Assembly: GCA_013239625.1 (NCBI GenBank)
Contig: MU054001.1
Span: forward strand, 6,621,078-6,685,077
From: Lama guanicoe
Taxonomy: Eukaryota
Direction: 5' to 3'
DNA: 64,000 nt
Shown in pieces: positions 34,598 to 48,160 of this stretch (its first letter is position 1; the number at the start of each line of letters is the position of its first letter). A program made the position numbers and the translations under genes. The notes below the pieces were generated by a model. The model was not told the origin of the DNA and did no database searches. It worked only from the letters and a program-made list of their open reading frames with translations.

Positions 34598-35856
34598 AAA
34601 CAGTATTTTCTTTTTCTCTGAGGCAATAAAATGATAGTTTTGTTTAGTTTTTTTAAAAAATAGTCCATAATCTTTGTCTCCTCAGAGTTGCTTTCTTCTG
34701 TTTATTAATCTGTTTTCCACGTTAGAGGCTTTCCTCCTGTGCCTGGTGCTCCTGGAACGTGTGCGTGTACCTTTGAGAGGCGTGCTCACACCTACTCATT
34801 AGCTGTCTGCACGTATAGACGGCCTGTTTACTGCGGCCCTGACCATTGAGTGACCTGACATTGGGGAACCCCTGAGTTCACATCCTTGAGTCTTTTTCTT
34901 TGGGCTAATTAGATTCCCCGGAAAAGATTAAGATTCCGTTTCCTGCTCAGAGGGTCTTCATCTGACCAAGCGTCCTTTGGGGAGCGGGGCGGGGGCAGAG
35001 ACTGGAAGTGTCACTCGGCATGTTAACATTAACATTCGTCTCGTCTCCCTGATTGCAGGTTGGTGTTTTCACCCACAGCTGTGCCTGGTGTCCCTTAGTC
35101 CGATTGCCCTGAGTTACCTTCTCCAAAGAAAGAATTTCATTTTCTGATGCAGTGATAGAGCAGCAGCTATACCTAGATTTGTGGAGTAGAGGAGGGTACT
35201 GGAAATCAGGCTGATTCTAAGTAGACATTTAACTAAGCCTCATATTTTGACAAAGCCCAGTCACCCCACCTCCTGCCCCACCTGCAGAGATACGCAGTAC
35301 TGCCAGTTGTTACTGTTACACCCACCTCTTTGCAGTTGTGGGTTTATACCCTTAAAAAATTATTTACTGTTGTTTAAGTGAACTTTGAAGAGGGAAAGAG
35401 CTAAATGCATGCATTCAGTCTTCAACCTTTAAATCAAACCCCTCTGTCATTTTTGAATCTTGTTTGACTTTGTTTTAGACTAAATACAAAGGTACCACTC
35501 CAGAGGTAAACTCCTGGGATCCTCTCATTTTTATGTCAGAACTGAATTTTGTAGAGTTTTACTGATTTGTCAGATTCTCCCACATGGTTTTGCCCTTGTA
35601 AAATCTAAGCACTTTATTTCCCTGCTCTCTTACATGGCACACTTGTCCTGTAGCAGCATATTCACAGCACACAGTCTTACCTTTCTTTCACTTCTGTTTT
35701 CAGTATGTTCTAAATTTGGCAGTGGTTCTTAAAAATTATGTGTGTGTGTGTGTAACAGAGCGGGCAGTTATTTGGGGAAGTTGTAGGGGAAACAGAAGAA
35801 TACTATTCTCTTTTCCTATGTTTAATGTTTTAATTTAAATGCTGTTTTTCCCTAAG

Positions 35857-35997
35857 ATGGACAAAATATTGGAATCAAGCACATTCCTGCAACCCAGTGT
35901 GGCATTTGGGTTCGAACCAGCAATGGAGGTCATTTCGCTTCACCAAATTATCCTGACTCATATCCACCAAACAAGGAATGTATCTACATTTTGGAAG
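35857..35997 (+). CDS. NETO2: NETO2 exon 3 (start of CUB1)
   Basis: cctaag|AT...GAAG|gtatat; (D)[46 protein letters not shown]. Confidence 0.96.
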
Positions 35998-36643
35998 GTA
36001 TATTTGACCAATTTCTATGTTTCATTGGATGAATTTTTACTTTATTGTAAAGCTAAATGCACTGGTAAAATGCCCTATTTAAACCAATTTGGGCAAAATT
36101 TAAATATGTATTTTAATTACATTCTAGTCATTGTAAATATTTCTTAATACTGAACGTATTAACAAAATAATAGTTGAAATTTTATAGGAATTTTGAATCC
36201 TCTAAAATACAATTCAACTGAATGCATCACTCTATATGAAAAATTTCTCTGATAAGAAACTTACACTTACTGGCATCTCTTATGAAATTTATGTCCATAG
36301 TTACATTATTTGTTTCTTTTATCTGTTTTTCTGTTTATCATGGTACATTGTATCTTATAAAATAAGCATTAGCTTCTCAACTGTAATTTTAATAAAGTAC
36401 ATTTAGTTAATTTAATAAATAGCATATGCCAAAGGGAAAGACTCCTATAGTTCTACAGAGTAGCATTATTATTATTAATATACAATTGAGTATTTATCAT
36501 GAATTGTATATACAGCAGTTTGCATTATGATCCTCATCGATGAAACAGTAGCAGAGCAGTTGTTGTGTTTTTCTCAGTTGTGTCAGGACATTTTTACTTT
36601 TTCTTGTTCGTGTTGCCCTGATTTGCTTACTTTTATTTTCTAG

Positions 36644-36892
36644 CTGCTCCACGTCAAAGAATAGAGTTGACCTTTGATGAACATTATTATATAGAACCAT
36701 CATTTGAATGTCGGTTTGATCACTTGGAAGTTCGAGATGGGCCATTTGGTTTCTCTCCACTTATAGATCGTTACTGTGGTGTGAAAAGTCCCCCATTGAT
36801 TAGATCAACAGGTAGATTCATGTGGATTAAGTTTAGTTCTGATGAAGAACTCGAAGGACTGGGATTTCGAGCAAAATATTCATTTATTCCAG
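36644..36892 (+). CDS. NETO2: NETO2 exon 4 (rest of CUB1)
   Basis: ttctag|CT...CCAG|gtaatg; (A)[45 protein letters not shown]...[10 protein letters not shown]. Confidence 0.97.
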
Positions 36893-37187
36893 GTAATGAA
36901 GTTTTTGTTTCAGTGGGTAGGTCTCATTCTGGTTTTAGATTCTTAAGGCTGGAAAAGAGATAATTCAGTTGCGTTAATCAAATCAAGACTTTAAAGGAAT
37001 TAGCAAAGTCAAAGGGAAATCAGTTCATGAATAAATAAAACCTTAACAAAAATTGGAGCTAGAACTGTATTTCTTGCATTTTGAAGCATGTCATATATGG
37101 TATCACATTTCTTAGAGTTTTTTTAAGTTTTATACCATATATCAAGGCCAAAAACATCAAAATAAGTATATTAAAAAAAATAAATCA

Positions 37188-37290
37188 GGGAATGGATATA
37201 GCTCAGTGGTAGAGTGCATATTTAGCATGCATGAGGTCCTGGGTTCAATCCCTAGTACCTCCATTAAATAAATATATACATACAACAAAT
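37188..37290 (+). mobile_element. tRNA-derived SINE, Vic-1-like (camelid)
   Basis: Box A tagctcagtggtagag, box B ggttcaatccc, tRNA-Ala-like body, AT-rich tail. Confidence 0.85.
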
Positions 37291-37534
37291 TGTGTTATTT
37301 TCATAATCTCTACCAAAAATCATTTTGGTAGGTTTATTTTTCCCTTGGAAGGATTGAACCATTCACTTGAATAAATGGCCTCTAGTAAATACTGAGCAAT
37401 AGAAAGAATACCATTCTGCAGTTGGAGGCAAAAGATCTGGGTTTGAATCCTTTCTCTGCCACCTACTAGCTGTAAGATTGAATATTAAGCACAGAGTTGT
37501 GCCTGAGAGTTACTGTTGGTAAGATGGTAATGCC

Positions 37535-37790
37535 TTCCTGAGACTGCCATAACTTAATTACCACAAATGTAGCAGCTGAAGACAACAGAAATTTATTCTC
37601 TAAGAGGTCTGGAGGCCAGAGTCCAAAATCCAGCAGGGTCACGTTCCCTCTGGGCACTCTGGGGGAGAATCCATCCCGAGCCTCTCCCAGCTTCTGGTGG
37701 CTGCTGCCACGTTCCTGGGCTTTTGGCCTCATCACCCCAGTCTCTGCCTCCATCTTCACATCACCCTCTCTTCTCAAAGTCCAGGACACT
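37535..37790 (-). mobile_element. MaLR LTR fragment (MLT1C/D-like)
   Basis: caacagaaatttattctc...tctggaggccagagtccaaaatc...ctctgcctccatcttcaca. Confidence 0.85.
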
Positions 37791-38319
37791 CTACCTATCA
37801 TACCATCCCCACGGTACATGAGAACACTTTGAGAACTGTAAAGCCCTGGCCACTGTGAAAGTATGCACATCCTAACGTGGAAACACAGAGGTATACAAGT
37901 TAATTTCTCCAGTCTTCAGAGAGCTTACAGACTAACAAGATGAAAAAGTAACTTCGTGTAACAATTATATAATCATTTTCTTTTATTTATGTTTTCATAC
38001 AAGAATTTTTTATAAAAAAATTAAAATATATCTCGATGAAAAGAAAATATCCATAATCTTACCACCCTGTATATAAAAAAGCAGTATTAACAATTTGGTG
38101 TGTATTCCTTCAGGTGTTTTTCTATATATTTTATTTATTTTGTTTGTTTTCTGTAACTGAGATCATGTTATTCATTCCACTGTATTATCTGCTTTTTTGC
38201 CTGAACAAAATAGACAACTTCTTTTCCTGTTAGTAAATGTGGAAATTTTTAAGTGTCACTTCAGTATTTATGTTCTCAGGGCCAAAATGATAAAATTTTA
38301 AAAAGTAAAATTTATCTAA

Positions 38320-39185
38320 TAAATTTTATTTTTTAGAAGAGTCTTAGGTTCACAGCAAAACTGAGCAGAAAGTAGAGTTACCAAATGCCTCCTGCTCCCC
38401 GCCACACACAGCTACCTCTAAAATCCAAAATCAATATCCCACACCAGGGGTAGATTTGTTGCAACTGATGAGCCTACACTGACACAACATTATCACCTGA
38501 AGTCCATAGTTTACATTAGGGCTCACTCTTGGTGGTGTACTTCTTGTGTGTCTGGACAAATGTATAATGACATGTGTTCACCAGTACAGCAGCATGCAGA
38601 GTATTTGCACTGCTCTAAAATTCCTCTGTGCTCCACCTGTTCATCCGTCCCACCCCAACACTGGCAACCACAGATCCTTTTTACTGTCTCCATAGTTGTG
38701 CCTTTTCCAGAATGTCAAAGAGTTGGAGTCATACAGTATGTAGCCTTTTCAGACTGGCTTCTTGCACTTAATAATATGCATTTTAGTTTCCTCCATGTTT
38801 TTTCATGGCTTAATACCTTATTTCTTTTTAACACTAAATAATATTTCATCCTATGGATGCACCATAATTTGTTTATCCATTCTGTTGAAGGGTATCTTGG
38901 CTGCTTCAGAGTTTTAGCAACTACAGATAAACCTGCTGTAGACGTCCATATGCAGGTTTTTGTATGGACAAGTTTTTAACTCAATTTGGCTAAGTACCAT
39001 GGAGTGCAATTGCTAGATCATATTAAAATTCATCTTTAATTTTTGCTTAGTAGATAGTGGTGATGGTTGCACAACATTGTGAATGTGCTTAATGCCACTG
39101 AATTGTACATTTAAACTGTATAAAGGGGTAAATATTATGTGTTTTACTACAATAAAAATAAATTTATAAAAAATAAATTTAAAAA
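38320..39185. mobile_element. L1MC-like 3' end (antisense, about 38320-39020) plus a short sense L1MB-like terminus (about 39050-39185)
   Basis: ttaggttcacagcaaaactgagcagaaagta; gatagtggtgatggttgcacaacattgtgaatg. Confidence 0.85.
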
Positions 39186-40649
39186 AATACAAACAGGTGT
39201 CTAAAAAAACTTAATTTGAAAGTTCAGGTAGGAGTTATGTATATCAAACTGACATAAGTTAAGAATTGCTAGTCTGAAAGTTCTCAGAATCTCCAGTTAG
39301 CCTGAAAAACCTATTTTATGTGTTTATTATATGTAACTGATCGCTCAGTTCTTGTTAAAATTGTTTTAATGCCAGGTACTTTTAGCATGGTTATCGAAGT
39401 ACATATTGAAAAAAAGTAGAGGGAAACTTTTTAGCTTAATTTAGAATACATTGCAGAAACTGATCTTTTTTAACTTAATAAACTAAACCCAACCTTGCTA
39501 AGTAGAAGGGGGCAACTACACTTTAGCAGTTTTGCAGAGAAATGTCAAAGAGAAATCTAAATCTTAAACAGCATTAGAGTGAAAAGGCATAGGAACTGTC
39601 TGGCAAATGAATCAAAATTTCTTCATATGTAGGCAAGAATTCTAAGATATTGTCATTATTGCACTAATATTTCCAAAATTATCCCAGTTACTTCCAGGAA
39701 GTAGCAATCCATTAAGAGCCTCTGCCTCAACAAATATCACCAGTAGCTTAGAGAATTTCTTATATTTAAAAAATACTAATTTCTCAGCATTGTTAGTAGG
39801 CTTCTTTCAGGTTTGCAAATCCCTAAACAAAATTTGTTTTATAAATATGACTTTAAGTAACTAGACATAGCCATAATTTGGCTAATTAGGCATTGCCTAT
39901 TTGTTTTTGTTTTTTTCTTTTAGTGGTAAAATTCTGGCATCTTTGCCCACATTATAAAGGCAACATGATAGAGGAAGAAAAATTGTCTGGAGAATTGGAA
40001 TCAACTCCTGACTTTGCCATTGTATGATCTAAAAAAGTCATAATCTCTCTGATGTAATTTCCTCATCCATAAAATGGAATATTACATCATCTTCCTGATG
40101 TTATTATCGTTAGCATAATATTAAAGATAATGTATGTAGAATCTCTGAAGTACTAAAAAATGCAAATGTAAGGTAATATAGTCTAGAAATCCTAAGCATT
40201 TATTATAATTTGTCTATATTTTAGCCATAAGTCATAGAAAGTTGCTCTCATGATACATAAAACTAATAGAAGAAAAAGAGCTGTTTTCTTCTTTTATAAT
40301 TAAAGTTAACTAATTCCGTTTTTTCATATTTTTAAAAACATTCAAATAATTAAGAACATTGTTTTTGATGTCCATTTTTTCTTTCTTTTCAATTTGCAAA
40401 AATCTGACTCATACTTAAGATTTTGTAATGTCTTTTTGATACTAAAATGTCAGTTACTTCAGTTAATTGATTTAGTTCATAAAAATCAAACACTTGGCCA
40501 ATTTAATTAAATCAGTTATTTTGATATGAACTATTGGTTCTTAATCTTCTATGAACTGCTTCACAGGGCAGAATACCCTCTGTACCATCTAGTCATCTTT
40601 CTTTTTCCTGCCATTGTGGAAAAACAGCTCACTAGTTACTGTGTTTGCA

Positions 40650-41055
40650 TGTGGTGTATTATACATAACATAAAAATCACCATTTTAACACTTTTAAGTG
40701 TATAAGTCAGTTGCATTAAGGGCACTTACAATGTTGTGTCACCACTATCCATTTGCAGAACTTTTTAGTCATCCCAAGCTGAAACTCTGTCCCCATGAAA
40801 CAACACTTAACGCCCCATTCTCCACTCCCTATAGCCCCTGAATCTAGTCTCTATGAATTTGACTAATCAAGGCACCTCAATAAATGGAATCATGCAGCAT
40901 TTATTCCTAAGTGTCTGGCTTATTTTACTTAACACAGCATTTCAAGGTTCATCCATGTTGTAGCATGTGTCAGAATTTCATTCCTTTTTACAGCTGAATA
41001 ATATTCCATTACATTATATATACTACATTTTGTTCATTCAACCATAAATGGACTG
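40650..41055 (-). mobile_element. L1MB-like 3' end
   Basis: acataacataaaaatcaccattttaac...aaggttcatccatgttgtagcatgtgtcagaatttc. Confidence 0.85.
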
Positions 41056-41335
41056 GCTACTGCTATTGATGTAGGGTGGTGAGTTTTCAGGTAGCATAAA
41101 TAAGTTACTAATTCATAATGAGATCAAAAGTATAAACAGTATCATTTTAAAAACATCAGTCCTATAAGGGAGCACCTGAATATGCTCATGAATTACCAGT
41201 GGTCTACAGTGTACACCAATGAAAGCTTTCTCTTGCTTTGCTATTAAATGTAGCATTAGACATAGTTAAGGCATTAAGCCTTAAAGTAACTAAAATATCT
41301 CCATGCCAATGACTTTCTTCTTTTCTCTGTTACAG

Positions 41336-41380
41336 ATCCAGATTTTACTTACCTAGGAGGTATTTTAAATCCCATCCCAG
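41336..41380 (+). CDS. NETO2: NETO2 exon 5 (CUB1-CUB2 linker)
   Basis: ttacag|AT...CCAG|gtttag; (D)[14 protein letters not shown]. Confidence 0.94.
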
Positions 41381-41464
41381 GTTTAGTATATTACCTCTTT
41401 TTCCTCATGGCATCTTTGGATCAATCTTACATTCCTTTGAACATCATTCATCTGTTCTTTCTAG

Positions 41465-41592
41465 ATTGCCAGTTCGAGCTGTCAGGAGCTGATGGAATAG
41501 TGCGTTCTAGTCAGGTAGAACAAGAAGAAAAAACGAAACCTGGTCAAGCAGTTGACTGCATATGGACGATTAAAGCTACCCCAAAAGCTAAG
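41465..41592 (+). CDS. NETO2: NETO2 exon 6 (start of CUB2)
   Basis: ttctag|AT...AAG|gtatta; (D)[42 protein letters not shown]. Confidence 0.96.
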
Positions 41593-44500
41593 GTATTATT
41601 ATGTATGGAGTCACTTCATAGAAGAATAAGATGTGATTTGTATAATGTATTATTTTGGTTCACGTTACTTACTGATTATTTAAGCTGACACTACAACTTT
41701 TCAAAAATTAATCTGAGTCACATTAATAAGCATCTCCTAAGACCTCAGCATTGTTACAAAATATAAATTTCAAGAATATCCGACATGCGTTACGTTAAGA
41801 TTGTTATTTTAAGAATTTTACGATTTTTTAAATCTGCATATTCCTAACTGGAGAGTGCCAGTATTGATCAGTGTGATCACAGATTCATATAAAACTTGAG
41901 GAGGAGGTAAAATAGGCCGTAAGAGGTTAAAATGTCTTCTCAAAGGTCTCAGAGTTGGGTCATAGCAGTGTCAGAGTCAGAACACGGATACGTTGAGTCT
42001 TAGTTCTGTGTTCTTACCATGCTGTCCTCTGCTAATCATGTAGAGTTTTTTATTGGAAAGTACCACAGGGAAGGATGTTTTTAAATAACTCTGACAGATT
42101 GAGACTGGTTGCTAACAACTTTTGCTTTTTGCTTTTAATTTGTACTTCTAGGAATAGTAACAGTTAAAATTATATTTGTTGTGTGTGTGTGTGTATATAT
42201 ATATATGTAAAAAGAGAAAAGAGTAAGAGTAGAAGAAACCTTTAAAGAATTATAAAAACCAAATTGAGAGTTACTGGTAATATGATAGGTTAGATAACCT
42301 GAAAACTTGCCTATTACAAACACCTGGAAACATTGGATAAAATATGACAGGTATCCTTTTAAAAGCATAGATAAGCTCCAAAAAAAGAAGGTAATTCTTC
42401 TGAACTGGAAGTGAAAAGAGAGAACTATGAGCTGGGGCAATAAAATAAAGACAGAAATCGATGGTACAAATACTCCTTGCTGGTTTCAGTAACCTGTGAC
42501 TCCTCAGGAGTAGATGTGCCGGGACCTTGGTATTAATACCTGCACTGAGACAGGAAAAGAAGGTCCAGGGTTCATGTTGCCTTTGTGAGATCCCTCACGT
42601 AAAGCTGGAACCCTGAAAAGGAGATGATTGCCATGAATTGGTAGATTAGAAAAAAATCACCCACTAGCACAAATTAGTGACAGAGAAGCTTTTCTTCGTG
42701 GGCTCGGCCTCAGGATGGGAGCAAGGCTGAGCCGTCTCCTAACACTTTATACCTAGGAGCCTATCTTTATATTAGCGTTATGGATGTGAATTTACATTCC
42801 ATGCTCAACGAGGAACCACTTAGCCCAACAATCAACAAAATGATCCTGGGTTTATAAAACCTTCTGAGACACCTGGGAAAAATAAATGCAAAATAACCAT
42901 GGAGGCTGTAGAATTGTCGTGGATAAAGCACTGCTGAAGGTAACTCACAACCCAGCATTGTGAACAACCCATCACGAGTGAGTTAGCTGGTGTAACAGCA
43001 AGAAGCTTCTCAGATCCTCGAGAACTTAAGTGTGTTAAATATCCTACAAGAAGGAATCAAAAAGATGAGAAAGAAAAATGACCAAGTACACTTTAAATAT
43101 AACCGAACAGAACTTCCTCAAGTAAAAAGTATAGTACTGAAAGATAGATTTGAGAAGAGTACCCAGAAAGTAGCTTGAGGGTGAGGGAAAGTTGCAGTTT
43201 ATTAAGAAAATTTTCGAGAATTGACAAATTTGTCAAAAAGTGTTGACAATACATGTAGTGACTCCGAAAGCCAAGGGGAAAAAACTGTTTTAATTGACAC
43301 TCAGTTACATGGGACACCACACAACAAAAATATCTTTAAAGCAACTGAAAAGAAAAGAGAGATTGCCTATGAAGAATAACATCAGAATCATCAATAGCAA
43401 AATAGAAGCCAGAAAACAGTAATGTCTTTGAAGTAATAAGCGAAAATATTAACTGGCAATCTAAAATTCAAAAATTCCATATCCAACTAAACCATCATTC
43501 AAGAATGAGGACAAAATTAAGGTATTTCTGGGCAAAAATAATAAATGGACTGAATACTGAAGTTAAAATCCAAATGTATCCTGTTTTAAGTTAACTACAG
43601 GACATTTTGAAAATATAAAAACAAAAGAAATACCAAACAGCAAAAAAGAGCTGACATAACTGTTAAAATAGACATCATGATGGTCACTAATTCACAAGGA
43701 AGATGCAGTTTTAAATTTTATGTATTAATGTAGCCTCAAAATGTACAAAACATGAATTGACAACTGCTGGGGGAATTGACAAATCCACAATTATAATATG
43801 TATTTTTTTAACCTCTTGGTAATTAATCAAGCGTACAAAAAAATTAACAAAGCTTAGAAGATTTAAACAACACAGTATGCCTAATGGGACCTGGTATCTT
43901 TTCTTGTAACATCCAGAGAATGTACATTCTCTACAAGCATGCATGAAACATTTATAAAAACTGATCCATACGCTGGATGAAGAAAGAGTCTGATAGACAT
44001 ACCAGAGCTTGGTATCAAGCAGAGCATCCTCTGACAAAAATGCAATTAAATGGGAGCCAGCAACCAAAAGATAACTTTAAAACCCCAAACATTTGGAAAT
44101 TTAATATACCATTTAGTAGTTCATAGGTCACAGACGAAATCAGGATGGAGATTTGAACACATTCAAAATGTAGCAATAATGAAAATACTACATATCGAAA
44201 CTTGTAGGATGCCCCTAAAAGTATGTCAAGGGAATTTATGACCATAAATTCTTCCTTTAGAAGAAGAAAAGGATTTAAATTTAATGAGCTAAGATTCAAC
44301 TGAAGTTTTAAAAGAATCCAAAGTAAAGGTAATAATAAAAGAACAGAAATAAATGAAATTAAAAATTTACAAGAAGAAAAAAAAACAACAAAACCAAAAG
44401 CTGACCCTTTGTAAAAAATAAATAGGTAGATAGATAGGTAGATAGCTAGCTAGCTAGCTAGCAGTAGGCATGCCTCTGGCAAGATTGATCTAGAAAAAAA

Positions 44501-44654
44501 GAAATAATATCAGAAGTGAAAAAGGTCATAAGTTAACTGCAGGTGAGATTTAAAACTATTATAAGACAAACTATGAAGAACTCCTGAAGAAAAAGAAAAA
44601 AAAATTGAATATTTCTTGAATAAATAAATTACAAAGGGAAGAAGAAAACCAGAC

Positions 44655-45126
44655 TTTTTAGTGATGGCTATTCTGACAGGTGTGAGGTGTACCTCATTGT
44701 GGTTTTGATCTGCATTTCTCTGATGATTAATGATGTTCAGCATCTTATCATATGCCTGCTGGCTGTCTGTGTGTCTTCTTTGGAGAAACATCTGTTGAGT
44801 CTTCTGCCCATTTTTGGATTGGGTTTTTTGGTTTTTTGTTGTTGAATTGTATGAGCTGTTTACATATTTCAGAAACTAAGCCCTTGTCAGTTGCATCATT
44901 TGCAAATATTTTCTCCCAGTCAGTAGGTTGTGTTTTCATTTTGTTTATGCTTTCCTTTGCTTGCAAAAACTTGTAAGTTTGATTAAGTCCCCTTTGTTTA
45001 CTTTTGCTTTTATTTTTATTGCCTTGGGAGACTGACCTAAGAAAACGTTGCTACAATTATGTCAGAGAATGTTTTGCCTGTGTTCTCTTCTAGGAGTTTT
45101 ATAGTGCCAGGTCTTATGTTTAGGTC
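44655..45126 (-). mobile_element. Younger L1 ORF2 fragment
   Basis: [26 protein letters not shown] on the - strand; very similar to 11720-12190. Confidence 0.9.
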
Positions 45127-47302
45127 AAAAGGAGACACTTGGTAATTGACACTACAACAATTTACTGTTGATTTGAGATCTCTGTCTTACAATTGACAAA
45201 AAATGCATTCTTAAATGTTAGAACTAAAACTTAGAAGAAAATATAGGAGTATATTTCTATAAATGATGGTTAGGAAACAGTTTAGTAAAAACAAAGAAGA
45301 GACAAAGTACAAGCCATAAAGATAAAATTCATCATTTACTACATTAAAATAAACTTGACTTCCAGAACCAGCCGAGATGGAGTAAGCCCACTACAGCTCA
45401 TTTCTTTTAACTTATTATAGCTGAAAACTCTGGATAGAATTAAAAAAGCAACTACATGAGGATTCTGAAAAGTAACCATTAGAAGGTAGGTTTGGAGGGA
45501 AGTCAGAACTTGAATAATGACTCCGAGAGGGTCACAGGGTTTTTTTTTCCTTCTCTTTTATCTCTTGGACTATTTTATGGAACTGATAACAGGAACTCAG
45601 AGAAAGCACTCTAGCCAGAAGGCGGGGAAAGGGGCCATTACAAACTCGAAGAGGGAATCCCTGGGTTGTTTGTTTTCCCCTCTTACCAGCTCTGCCCATG
45701 GTGAGCATCAGTCGCAACAGCTACAGCAACTAAAACCCTCAGAGAAACCCCATCTCCTTAACCAGTGCAGCTTGGAAAAGGATGTGGTGATGTCTGGAGA
45801 GTATGGAGGGAACCCCCATTTTTTTTTCTCTGTACTGTTAGTTACTCAGAACCCACAACAGGTTAGGTTGCCTGATAAAACAAACAAAATTCAACATTTT
45901 CCATGAATTTTTAACAGGGTCCAGCATGTCAGTGTTATATTCAAAATGTTCAAGATATAGTTTAAAAATTACTCGTATATAGAGGAACAGGGAAGCAAGT
46001 TATAATTCTGAAAGGAGAATGCAGTCAACAGATCCTGGTCCTAATAGGACTCAGATGTTGGAATTATCAAAGATTTTAAAGCAACAGTATAACCATGTTC
46101 CATGAGTAAAGGTAAACACTCTGAAAATGAGTGGAAAGATAGATCTTAGCCAAATAATAGAAACTATAAAAAAAGAACCAAGTGAAAATTTTAGAACTAA
46201 AAATGAAAAATGTATCTTAAACTTAAAACAAAACAAGACAAAAACTTCACTGTGTGGCCTAATAGGACAATGGAGATCGTAAAGTCTTATCAACTTGAAG
46301 ATACCAGTAGAAACTATCTAACTTGAAGTAATGAGAAAAAAGAAAACAAATTATAGTAGAGCCTCAGGGACCTGTGGGACAATTTCAAAAGACCTAAAAT
46401 TCATATCAGTTAAATTCCAGATGGAGAAGAGGAAGAGATTGTTACAGAAAAAATACTCAAAGAAATAATTGCCTAAAAATGCCCCAAATTTGGTGAAAGA
46501 CATAAATTTACAGATTCAAGAAGCTTGGCAAACACCAAATAGGATAAAAACAAACAAAAAACAAAGCCTACAAGTATCAAATCAAACTCCTTGAAACTAA
46601 AGATTGAAAGCTTTGAGATCTGATAGAGAAAAATGATGCATTTCGTATAAGGGAACAATTTGAATAACTGTGGATTTCTCTTCAGAAATCATCAAAGCGT
46701 AGTGCATCAGATCTTTAACTGCTAAAAAAAAGAACTGTGAACTTCAGAATTTTATATCCAGCAAAAATATTCTTGCAGGAGTGAAGGCAAAATAACTACA
46801 TGTTGTAATGAAGACTTTCATTCCCTGCAGACCTGCTATAGAAGAAATGCTAAAGGAAGTTCTTTAGATAAAGGAGAAATGGTACTAGGACTTTTATGAG
46901 TCAAAGGAAACAGAAATGGTAAATATCTGGATAAATATAAACCATTTACCAGCATCAGGAACAAAAGTGAGGATATCACTTTAGACCCTACAATGCTAAA
47001 AATAATAATAATAAAATTCAGTGAAAAGTCATGAGTGAAAAATCAGATGACTTAGATGAAATGGACAGATTCCTTAAAAGCCACAAACTGCTCAAACACA
47101 GCAAAGAAGAAATATGTAATCTAATGGCCATATATTTATGAAATAAATTAAATTAATAGTTAAAAACCTCCTTACATAGAAAGCTCCAGGCCTAGATGGA
47201 TACAGTGACAAATTATACCAAACATTTAAAGAAGAAATAATACTAATTCTTCACAATAATACCAGTTCTTCACCCTGATGCCACCAAAGATCAGTATTCC
47301 CA

Positions 47303-48160
47303 TGTGATATTTTGCTTTCTAATAAAAAATATATATTTGCTCTTCATTCTCATTTCTAGCACAGAGTTCAGAAAACCCTTGGAATTTCCTAAGCACGAGC
47401 AATGAGAGCATCTTTTAATATTTGTCCTCAGTTCCTGGAAATGTTTCAGAGCGATAAAGTTGAAATGGACGTTTTGTTTTTCATAACAAGCCCCTTTCAA
47501 CCACAACTGAATTTATGTTAATGAGATAACTTCTGGAAGTCCCCTAAAAATAGGCACTGGTTACCAGGTGAACCAACAAATAGAGTTGGATCTTTCAGTC
47601 TCACCCCCTGATTTCTGGGAATAGGAGAGGGACTGGAGGTTGGATGAATCTCTGATAGCCATTGATTTAGTTTGTCATGCCAGTGCAACAGAACCTCCAT
47701 AAAATCAGAGGTGGTTCAGGGAGCTTCCAGGTTGGGGAGCAAGAATGCTTCTACAGGCCATTGTGCCAGGCCTGAAACTCTAATGGGACAGAAGCTCCTT
47801 TGTTCTGCACCTCACCCTGTATATCTCCGTCTGGCTGTTGACTCGTATCCTTTAATATCTTTTGTAGTGAACTGGTAAACTGACTTCCTGAGTCCTGTAA
47901 GTCACTCTAGAAAATTAATGGAACCCGAAGAAGGGACTGTAGGAACCTCAGATTTATAGCCAGTCAAGTCAGAAGCAGAGGTGACAGCCTGAACTTGTGA
48001 TTGGCATCTAAAGTGGAGGCCAGTCCTCAACCTTTGGAATCTGATGCTGCCTCTGGGTTAGTGGTGTCAGAATTAGACTGAATCGTAGGACACCCAGCTG
48101 ATGTTTGAGAATTCTTGGTAGTGTGGGGTGGGGGGACCTCCACATGTTGGAATTGGTACC
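47303..48160. mobile_element. Solo LTR (MER21-like) inserted in L1
   Basis: tgtgatat start; aaaacccttggaatttcct; ttcataacaagcccctttcaaccaca; L1 ORF2 resumes at about 48170. Confidence 0.78.

Noticed and set aside
35839..36147. 102-aa ORF overlapping NETO2 exon 3 in another frame
   Set aside because: It extends into introns on both sides with no recognisable product; the true exon frame is fixed by splice phase.
37188..37265. tRNA-like sequences here and at 53800
   Set aside because: They have A-rich tails and degenerate stems and resemble each other as SINE copies; not functional tRNA genes.
44424..44463. (GATA)/(GCTA)n self-complementary repeat and other short microsatellites
   Set aside because: Ordinary simple repeats; too short to argue for function.
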